Below are positions 56,800-64,000 of a stretch of DNA of 64,000 bases, piece after piece. The stretch lies in the NCBI GenBank assembly GCA_963765005.1, contig CAVXUP010000008.1:12941-76940 (forward strand), in the 5' to 3' direction. Under the pieces are notes generated by a model, which did not search any database, was not told the origin of the DNA, and was given only the letters and a program-made list of their open reading frames with translations. The number at the start of each line of letters is the position of its first letter. Position 1 is the stretch's first letter. The stretch comes from an uncultured Bacteroidales bacterium. Lineage in GTDB: Bacteria; Bacteroidota; Bacteroidia; Bacteroidales; VadinHA17. Position numbers and translations under genes: made by a program.

Positions 56800-56915
56800 A
56801 GGATAGGTTGTTTCTACATCGTAGTACCAGGTAGTTCCGGTATTGACTGTATTCAGATTTGTGATATCGAATACCGCAGACCCTGTATAACAAAGCTCAG
56901 GATCAGTGGTGACCG

Positions 56916-58778
56916 CTATCTTTGGCTGAGGGTTGATGACGATCTCGATGGTAACCTCAACGCCTGTTTCACATTCGTCCCCTCCGTCGCCCGGACGTAT
57001 ATGTGGAATGAACTTATAGGTAACAGTCTTAAAGTCATTGGTCGTGTTGACAAGATTATCAGTAAGTGCTGCAATACCGGTGGCGGTCTGGTCTGTGGCC
57101 AGACCTGTCGGCCAGCGGTGACTCCCAAAGGATAGGTTGTTTCTATATCGTAGTACCAGGTAGTTCCGGTATTGACTATGTTCAGCTTGGTGATATCAAA
57201 TTTTGCAGGTCCATCATAGCATAACTCCGTATCAGTAGTGACTGCGATCTTTGGCTGCGGGTTGATCACTATCTCGACGGTAATCTCAACGCCTGTTTCA
57301 CATTCATCCCCTCCGTCGCCCGGACGTATATGTGGAATGAACTTATAGGTAACAGTCTTAAAGTCATTGGTCGTGTTGACTAGATTATCTGTAAGCGCTG
57401 CAATACCGGTGGCGGTCTGATCGGTGAGACCCGTCGGCCAGCTGCCGGTGACTCCCAAAGGATAGGTTGTTTCTACATCGTAGTACCAGGTAGTTCCGGT
57501 ATTGACTGTATTCAGCTTTGTGATATCGAATACCGCAGACCCTGTATAACAAAGCTCAGGATCAGTGGTGACCGCTATCTTTGGCTGCGGGTTGATGACG
57601 ATCTCGATGGTAACCTCAACGCCTGTTTCACATTCGTCCCCTCCGTCGCCCGGACGTATATGAGGAATGAACTTATAGGTAACAGTCTTAAAGTCATTTG
57701 TAGTGTTTACAAGATTATCAGTAAGTGCTCCGATACCAGTGGCGGTCTGGTCTGTCAGACCTGTCGGCCAGCTGCCGGTGACTCCCAAAGGATAGGTTGT
57801 TTCTATATCGTAGTACCAGGTAGTTCCGGTATTGACTATGTTCAGCTTGGTGATATCAAATTTTGCAGGTCCATCATAGCATAACTCCGTATCAGTAGTG
57901 ACTGCGATCTTTGGCTGCGGGTTGATGACTACCTCGACGGTAATCTCAACGCCTGTTTCACATTCGTCCCCTCCGTCGCCCGGACGTATATGTGGAATGA
58001 ACTTATAGGTAACAGTCTTAAAGTCATTGGTCGTGTTGACTAGATTATCAGTAAGTGCTGCAATACCGGTGGCGGTCTGATCGGTGAGACCCGTCGGCCA
58101 GCTGCCGGTGACTCCCAAAGGATAGGTTGTTTCTACATCGTAGTACCAGGTAGTTCCGGTATTGACTATGTTCAGCTTTGTGATATCGAATACCGCAGAC
58201 CCTGTATAACAAAGCTCAGGATCAGTGGTGACTGCCATCTTTGGCTGAGGGTTGATGACGATCTCGATGGTAACCTCAACGCCTGTTTCACATTCGTCCC
58301 CTCCGTCGCCCGGACGTATATGAGGAATGAACTTATAGGTAACAGTCTTAAAGTCATTTGTAGTGTTGACTAGATTATCAGTAAGCGCTGCAATACCGGT
58401 GGCGGTCTGATCGGTGAGACCCGTCGGCCAGCTGCCGGTGACTCCCAAAGGATAGGTTGTTTCTATATCGTAGTACCAGGTAGTTCCGGTATTGACTATG
58501 TTCAGCTTGGTGATATCAAATTTTGCAGGTCCATCATAGCATAACTCCGTATCAGTAGTGACTGCGATCTTTGGCTGCGGGTTGATCACTATCTCGACGG
58601 TAATCTCAACGCCTGTTTCACATTCATCCCCTCCGTCGCCCGGACGTATATGTGGAATGAACTTATAGGTAACAGTCTTAAAGTCATTGGTCGTGTTTAC
58701 AAGATTATCAGTAAGTGCTCCAATACCGGTAGCGGTCTGATTGATTAACCCTGCCGACAGGGTACCGCTAACGCCCAA
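56916..58778 (-). CDS. Giant adhesin, internal fragment (about 5.5 modules)
   Basis: Near-identical 110-aa modules. The 3' tail of this ORF is out-of-frame read-through after 57116. Confidence 0.8.
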   Translation of the reverse strand: MGVSGTLSAGLINQTATGIGALTDNLVNTTNDFKTVTYKFIPHIRPGDGGDECETGVEITVEIVINPQPKIAVTTDTELCYDGPAKFDITKLNIVNTGTTWYYDIETTYPLGVTGSWPTGLTDQTATGIAALTDNLVNTTNDFKTVTYKFIPHIRPGDGGDECETGVEVTIEIVINPQPKMAVTTDPELCYTGSAVFDITKLNIVNTGTTWYYDVETTYPLGVTGSWPTGLTDQTATGIAALTDNLVNTTNDFKTVTYKFIPHIRPGDGGDECETGVEITVEVVINPQPKIAVTTDTELCYDGPAKFDITKLNIVNTGTTWYYDIETTYPLGVTGSWPTGLTDQTATGIGALTDNLVNTTNDFKTVTYKFIPHIRPGDGGDECETGVEVTIEIVINPQPKIAVTTDPELCYTGSAVFDITKLNTVNTGTTWYYDVETTYPLGVTGSWPTGLTDQTATGIAALTDNLVNTTNDFKTVTYKFIPHIRPGDGGDECETGVEITVEIVINPQPKIAVTTDTELCYDGPAKFDITKLNIVNTGTTWYYDIETTYPLGVTAGRQVWPQTRPPPVLQHLLIILSTRPMTLRLLPISSFHIYVRATEGTNVKQALRLPSRSSSTLSQR

Positions 58779-61700
58779 AGGATAAACAACAGGTGCCAGA
58801 TCGTAGTACCAGGTAGTTCCGGTATTGACTGTATTCAGATTTTGTGATATCGAATACAGCAGACCCTGTATAACAAAGCTCAGGATCAGTGGTGACCGCT
58901 ATCTTTGGCTGAGGGTTGATGACTACCTCGATGGTAACCTCAACGCCTGCTTCACATTCGTCCCCTCCGTCGCCCGGACGTATATGAGGAATGAACTTAT
59001 AGGTAACAGTCTTAAAGTCATTTGTCGTGTTGACTAGATTATCTGTAAGCGCTGCAATACCGGTGGCGGTCTGATCGGTGAGACCCGTCGGCCAGCTGCC
59101 GGTGACTCCCAAAGGATAGGTTGTTTCTACATCGTAGTACCAGGTAGTTCCGGTATTGACTGTATTCAGATTTGTGATATCGAATACCGCAGACCCTGTA
59201 TAACAAAGCTCGGGATCAGAGACGACGTTGATACTAGGCTGTGGATTGATCCAGATATCGACAGTTATAGCAGCACCTGAACATTGATTGTTTCCGTTAC
59301 CGTCGATGCTCCATGGAATAATATTGTAAGTTATCTTCCTGGCAACAGGTGTGGTATTTACCAGGGTCTGAACAAGAGGAGAAGCGATAGGATTACCTGT
59401 AAGGTTGTCGCTGTAACCTGTGATATCTCCGATTCCGTTAAGATCTGTTACCGTCCAGGTGTAACGCATCCCATTCTTTGTGGTATTTGCTGTTGAAACA
59501 ATGATATTTGTTGAAGTATTATCACAGATCTCATCTCCGGGTGCGGTAATAACAAGTACAGGTTCCACCCATATTATCTGCTGCTTGTCAACTATGTTAC
59601 CATTACCATCTTCAAGCCTCCAGGTACGGGTTATGAAACCTGCGTTTGAACAATTGAACGGGTTGGATTCAATATCACTAAATATAAATGCCTGTATTCC
59701 GGCTGCGCAATTATCTGATTCATCCGTAACATCACCGGTAACAGCAATGGTTTTATCAAACGAACAATCAGGATTGCGGCAGATAATTATGTCAGCAGGT
59801 ACGGTAAATGAAGGATCCTCATCATCAGTAACAGTAACGGTCTGATTACAGTCTGCTGTCAGTCCGCTTCCGTCAGTTACAGTCCAGGTGACTGTTGTTA
59901 TCCCTATCGGGAAAAGATATGTAACAGGATCTATTATTACTGCTCCAACCCTTGCAACCACGCTTGCAACACTGCAGTTATCGGAGGTCACCGGAGTGCC
60001 AAGCGGTACTGTCGTAGTGCAGTTGCCTGTACCATCATCAGAGGTCTCTGCTGTCACATTGAGAGGACAGACTATAGTCGGATTTTCATCATCAGTCACT
60101 GTCACTGTCTGATCACAGCTTGTTGTATTCCCGCTTCCGTCGGTTACTATCCAGGTAATTGTTGTTACACCTATCGGGAAGAGATAGCTGGCAGGAACGA
60201 TTGTTGTTCCACCTACCTGGGCAACCACGCTGGCTATGCTGCAGTTATCTGACGTGACCGGCAGTCCAAGAGCAGCGGTTGTTGTACAGTTGCCTGTTCC
60301 GTCGGCTGATGTAACTGTAACAACATTTGCCGGACATGTTATTGCCGGATCTTCATCATCAGTGATTGTAACTGTCTGGTTGCAGCTTGCTGTATTGCCG
60401 CTTCCGTCTGTTACTATCCAGGTAACTGTTGTGACTCCTATCGGGAAGAGATATGTTGCAGGATCAATAGTTGACCCGCCAACCTGTGCAACAACGCCTG
60501 CCACACTGCAGTTGTCGCCGGTAACAGGTGCTCCAAGAGCTGCTGTAGTTGTACAATTGCCGGCTCCGTCAGCTGATGTGACTGTTACAACATTTGCAGG
60601 ACAGGCAATTGTCGGGTTTTCATTGTCAGTAACTGTAACGGTCTGGTTGCAGGTAGCTGTGTTGCCGCTTGCATCTGTTGCAATCCATGCTACTGTTGTT
60701 ACTCCTATGGGGAACTGATAAGTTAACGGATTGATAGTAGCACCTCCTACCTGGGCAATAACACTTGACACGCTGCAATTATCGCTTGCAACATAAACGC
60801 CAGGAGGTATAATTGTGGTGCAGTTGCCTGTCCCATCTGCTGAGGTTACAGTAATCACATCAGCCGGGCAGGTGAGAACCGGGTTCTCATCATCAGTCAC
60901 TGTAACTGTCTGATTACAGGTTGCTGTCCGCCCGCTGCCGTCTGTAACAATCCAGGTGACTGTGGTAACTCCAATGGGGAAGAGATGAGTTGCCGGAGTA
61001 ATTGTTACTCCTCCAACCTGCGCCACTATGCCTGCAACACTGCAGTTATCGGTAGTAACAGGTGCTCCGAGAACAGCGGTTGTAGTACAGTTGCCGGTTC
61101 CGTCAGCAGAGGTTGTTGTCACAACATTTGCAGGACATGCAATTGTCGGGTCCTCATCATCAGTCACAGTCACTTTCTGATTGCAGTTTGCTGTGCGGCC
61201 GCTGCCGTCTGTGACTATCCAGTTCACTGTAGTTACACCTATCGGGAAGAGATAAGTTGCCGGGTTAATAGTTGCACCCCCAACCTGAGCTACCACACCT
61301 GCGACACTGCAATTATCTCCGGTAACAGGGGCACCCAGTACAGCTGTAGTTGTGCAGTTGCCGGTTCCGTTTGCTGAAGTGACGGTAACAACATCTGCAG
61401 GACAGGATATTGTCGGGTTCTCATCGTCGGTAACTGTTACAGTCTGGTTGCATGATACTGTATTTCCGCTTCCATCAATGACGATCCAGTTTACTGTAGT
61501 TATTCCTATCGGGAAGAGGTAGGTTGCAGGATCAATTGCTGAACCGCCAACCTGTGCCACAACACTTGCAACACTGCAGTTATCGGCTGTTACAGGAGTT
61601 CCGATCGATGCTGTTGTCGTGCAGTTTCCGGCACCATCGGCGGAAGTGACCGTAACAATACCGGGCTGACAAACAATCGTCGGATTCTCATCATCAGTTA

Positions 61701-64000
61701 CTGTAACCGACTGGGTACAGCTTGCGGTACGACCGCTGCCGTCTGTAACTATCCAGGTCACCGGGGTTGTTCCGATCGGGAAGAGATATGTTGCAGGATC
61801 TATTGTTGCTCCTCCGACCTGTGCAACAACACCTGCAACGCTGCAGTTATCGGTAGTAACAGGTGCTCCGAGAACAGCCGTGGTGGTGCAGTTGCCCGTG
61901 CCATTTGCTGATGTGACTGTGACAACATCTGCCGGACAGGCAATTGTCGGATCCTCGTCATCAGTCACGGTCACTTTCTGATTGCAGTTTGCAGTACGGC
62001 CGCTTCCGTCGGTGACTATCCAGTTGACTGTAGTTTCACCTATCGGGAAGAGATATGTTGCAGGATCAATTGTTAAGCCGCCAACCTGTGCCACCACGCC
62101 GGCAACGCTGCAGTTGTCGCTGGTAACTGGTACCCCTAAAACAGCCGTGGTGGTGCAGTTGCCGGTTCCGTTTGCTGATGTGACAGTAGCAACATCTGCA
62201 GGACAGGTTATTGCCGGGTTTTCGTCATCCGTCACTGTTACTGTCTGGGTGCAACTTGCTGTCAGTCCGCTGCCGTCTGTAACTATCCAGGTGACTGTGG
62301 TAACTCCAATGGGGAAGAGATGAGTTGCAGGTGTAATTGTTACTCCTCCAACCTGCGCCACTACGCCTGCAACACTGCAGTTATCGGTAGTAACAGGTGT
62401 CCCGAGAACTGCTGTTGTTGTGCAGTCGCCTGAACCATTTGCAGATGTAACTGTTGCTACGTTAGCCGGACAGGCTATCGTCGGATCCTCATCATCGGTT
62501 ACGGTAACGGTCTGGTCGCAGCTTGCTGTATTGCCGCTGCCATCAGTCACTGTCCAGGTAACAGTAGTAACACCTATCGGGAAGAGATAGGTTCCAGGAT
62601 CAATTACAGTGACGCCAACCTTTGCCACTATTCCTGCCACACTGCAGTTGTCACCTGTTACAGGTATGCCAAGTACTGCAGTAGTAGTACAGTTTCCTGC
62701 TCCATTTGCAGAGGTTGTGGTTGCTACATTTGCGGGACAGGTGATTGTCGGGTTAACATCATCAATGACCGTTACTTTAAAAGTACAGGATGCAGAATTT
62801 CCTGCAGCATCATATACCTTCCAGATGACGAATGTAATTCCCGGGTTGAATGTTACACCTGCAAGAGACGTACCGCTAGTCTCCCCGAGTGTTGTTACAC
62901 CGGAAAGCTGATATGTAGTATTTGTTATTGCGCAGTTGTCGGAAGATGATATAAGGTCAAATTCAATACCGCTGACAATATATGTACATCCGTTGTTAGT
63001 CCCTGCAGTCTGGTCGCCGGGACAAACTATCAAAGGAGGATCATCATCATTAACCGTAACAGTAAAGCTGCAGGCAGAAGAGTTACCGGCTGCATCAAAT
63101 ACCCTCCATGTTACTGTTGTAACTCCTTTATTGAACGAAACACCTGCAAGGGTTGAGCCCGGAGTGGCTCCGACAACTGTAGCGCCTGCCAGCTGATATG
63201 ATGCATTTGTAACCCCGCAGTTGTCACTTGTGAGAGCCGGATCAAATTCATTTCCGGCAACCTTATATGAACAAGCGTCATTGGTGCCTACAATCTGGTC
63301 AGATACACATGTGACTGAAGGATTGTCATCATCATTTACAGTAACCGTGAAACTGCAGCTGGCCGAATTCCCGACTGAATCATAAACTTTCCAGGTAACA
63401 GTGGTCACACCTGAATTGAAGGTTTTGCCTGCAAGTGAGGTACCGCTTGTTTCTGCGCTGGTTGTTGCTCCCGCCAGCTGATAAGTTGTATTGATTATCC
63501 CGCAGTTGTCGGAAGAACCTGTAAGATTAAATTCATTTCCGGCAACAACATAGGTGCATCCTGTATTGGTGCCTACAACCTGGTCGGCAACACAGGTGAG
63601 CACAGGGCTGACATTATCAGTTACCGTGACGGTGAAGCTGCATGATGAAGAATTTCCGGCTGCATCATATGCCCTCCAGGTCACTGTTGTTATCCCGTTA
63701 TTGAAAATGACTCCGGCAAGTGTTGATCCGCTTGTCTCTCCTATTATTGTAGCGCCTGTAAGCTGGTATGAAGTAGTTGTAACCGAGCAGTTGTCTGAAG
63801 ATCCGGTAAAGTTAAATTCGGTTCCGGCCACAACATAGGTACATCCCAGGTTCGACCCCACTGACTGGTTGGCAATACATGCAAGGACAGGATTGTCATC
63901 ATCATTGACTGTAACTGTAAAACTGCAAGTGGATGAGTTGCCCGCTGCATCAAAAACTTTCCATGTAACTGTTGTAACTCCACTGTTAAAAACGATTCCC
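58768..64000 (-). CDS. Giant adhesin, N-proximal fragment (HYR arrays), open at the window edge
   Basis: The frame stays open from 63861 to 63999; I translated GIVFNSGVTTVTWKVFDAAGNSSTCSFTVTVNDDDNPVLACIANQS. The true start therefore lies beyond 64000. Confidence 0.88.
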   Translation of the reverse strand, partial: GIVFNSGVTTVTWKVFDAAGNSSTCSFTVTVNDDDNPVLACIANQSVGSNLGCTYVVAGTEFNFTGSSDNCSVTTTSYQLTGATIIGETSGSTLAGVIFNNGITTVTWRAYDAAGNSSSCSFTVTVTDNVSPVLTCVADQVVGTNTGCTYVVAGNEFNLTGSSDNCGIINTTYQLAGATTSAETSGTSLAGKTFNSGVTTVTWKVYDSVGNSASCSFTVTVNDDDNPSVTCVSDQIVGTNDACSYKVAGNEFDPALTSDNCGVTNASYQLAGATVVGATPGSTLAGVSFNKGVTTVTWRVFDAAGNSSACSFTVTVNDDDPPLIVCPGDQTAGTNNGCTYIVSGIEFDLISSSDNCAITNTTYQLSGVTTLGETSGTSLAGVTFNPGITFVIWKVYDAAGNSASCTFKVTVIDDVNPTITCPANVATTTSANGAGNCTTTAVLGIPVTGDNCSVAGIVAKVGVTVIDPGTYLFPIGVTTVTWTVTDGSGNTASCDQTVTVTDDEDPTIACPANVATVTSANGSGDCTTTAVLGTPVTTDNCSVAGVVAQVGGVTITPATHLFPIGVTTVTWIVTDGSGLTASCTQTVTVTDDENPAITCPADVATVTSANGTGNCTTTAVLGVPVTSDNCSVAGVVAQVGGLTIDPATYLFPIGETTVNWIVTDGSGRTANCNQKVTVTDDEDPTIACPADVVTVTSANGTGNCTTTAVLGAPVTTDNCSVAGVVAQVGGATIDPATYLFPIGTTPVTWIVTDGSGRTASCTQSVTVTDDENPTIVCQPGIVTVTSADGAGNCTTTASIGTPVTADNCSVASVVAQVGGSAIDPATYLFPIGITTVNWIVIDGSGNTVSCNQTVTVTDDENPTISCPADVVTVTSANGTGNCTTTAVLGAPVTGDNCSVAGVVAQVGGATINPATYLFPIGVTTVNWIVTDGSGRTANCNQKVTVTDDEDPTIACPANVVTTTSADGTGNCTTTAVLGAPVTTDNCSVAGIVAQVGGVTITPATHLFPIGVTTVTWIVTDGSGRTATCNQTVTVTDDENPVLTCPADVITVTSADGTGNCTTIIPPGVYVASDNCSVSSVIAQVGGATINPLTYQFPIGVTTVAWIATDASGNTATCNQTVTVTDNENPTIACPANVVTVTSADGAGNCTTTAALGAPVTGDNCSVAGVVAQVGGSTIDPATYLFPIGVTTVTWIVTDGSGNTASCNQTVTITDDEDPAITCPANVVTVTSADGTGNCTTTAALGLPVTSDNCSIASVVAQVGGTTIVPASYLFPIGVTTITWIVTDGSGNTTSCDQTVTVTDDENPTIVCPLNVTAETSDDGTGNCTTTVPLGTPVTSDNCSVASVVARVGAVIIDPVTYLFPIGITTVTWTVTDGSGLTADCNQTVTVTDDEDPSFTVPADIIICRNPDCSFDKTIAVTGDVTDESDNCAAGIQAFIFSDIESNPFNCSNAGFITRTWRLEDGNGNIVDKQQIIWVEPVLVITAPGDEICDNTSTNIIVSTANTTKNGMRYTWTVTDLNGIGDITGYSDNLTGNPIASPLVQTLVNTTPVARKITYNIIPWSIDGNGNNQCSGAAITVDIWINPQPSINVVSDPELCYTGSAVFDITNLNTVNTGTTWYYDVETTYPLGVTGSWPTGLTDQTATGIAALTDNLVNTTNDFKTVTYKFIPHIRPGDGGDECEAGVEVTIEVVINPQPKIAVTTDPELCYTGSAVFDITKSEYSQYRNYLVLRSGTCCLSFGR
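59815..62775 (-). repeat. Array of 11 HYR-like domains, period 267 nt (89 aa)
   Basis: VTVTDDE[DN]PTI.CPA.V.TVTSA.G.GNCTTTA.LG.PVT.DNCSVAGVVAQVGG..I.PATYLFPIG.TTV.W.VTDGSG.TA.C. The landmark catcatcagt occurs at 60087 and 60354, which is 267 nt apart. Confidence 0.88.
62775..64000 (-). repeat. Array of at least 4.5 HYR-like domains of a second type, period 285 nt (95 aa)
   Basis: C..DQ.VGTN.GCTY.V.G.EF....SDNC......YQL.GAT...TSG.SLAG..FN.G.TTVTW.V.DAAGNS..CSFTVTV.D. Confidence 0.85.

Larger units (their letters stand above)
55390..59215 (-). repeat. Tandem array of about 12 near-identical 330-nt (110-aa) modules
   Basis: The landmark tttggctg recurs at 55590, 55920, 56250, 56591, 56921, 57250, 57580, 57910, 58240, 58570 and 58904. 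Spacing is 330 nt, apart from known indels and a 3-nt variant. Confidence 0.92.

Noticed and set aside
39891-59215. The Avd-family four-helix-bundle gene together with the variable adhesin repeats, considered as a diversity-generating retroelement.
   Set aside because: There is no reverse transcriptase or TR/VR pair in the window. Differences between adhesin modules are C/T, G/A and C/G changes, not adenine-specific substitutions.
1-64000. A search by eye for tRNA, rRNA, tmRNA, transposase, integrase, toxin-antitoxin or restriction-modification genes.
   Set aside because: None was recognised. The absence of a recombinase means the cassette-like structures cannot be called autonomous mobile elements from this window alone.

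Overview
This is a 64-kb chromosomal segment with clear Bacteroidota hallmarks: a SusD-family lipoprotein, a PorP/SprF protein, a type-B T9SS C-terminal sorting domain, GH3/GH43/GH140 glycosidases and TAnnTTTG-type promoter boxes. I recognised no rRNA, tRNA, CRISPR array, transposase or integrase. Gene content by region: (1) 0.2-8.6 kb holds a VIT-family metal transporter, a P-type Ca2+/cation ATPase and a divergent GH43/GH3 pair. (2) 8.7-17.5 kb is a mosaic accessory stretch: an ABC exporter, an esterase, an MBL hydrolase, an HKD/PLD nuclease with a Cys-rich membrane protein, and a GreA-like factor, interleaved with truncated stubs of other genes. (3) 17.5-39.8 kb is mostly housekeeping and hydrolases (rsgA, alkA-like, orphan susD-like, M28 and PepP peptidases, dusB, nadB, glyQS). 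(4) 40.2-50.7 kb is a glycan-synthesis locus with three GT4 genes, three SAM methyltransferases, a Wzx flippase and YfhO. (5) 50.7 to beyond 64.0 kb holds a PorP/SprF gene and a giant SprB-like T9SS adhesin of more than 4,000 codons that runs off the window. The adhesin is built from HYR arrays, about 12 near-identical 110-aa modules, SprB repeats and a type-B CTD. Points worth a second look: stub-led gene cassettes and a permuted split DUF2200 gene; a PLD plus membrane gene pair bracketed by a duplicated greA-like 5' end; and two small genes (a four-helix-bundle Avd/23S-IVS-family gene and a ydeI-like gene), each bracketed by inverted arrays of short tandem oligo-repeats, an architecture resembling a 23S rRNA intervening sequence. 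The adhesin repeat array also has higher-order structure. Eleven reading-frame breaks occur in the window, most at short homopolymers, which looks more like consensus error than gene decay. All calls rest on manual reading and recalled family motifs; no searches were run.
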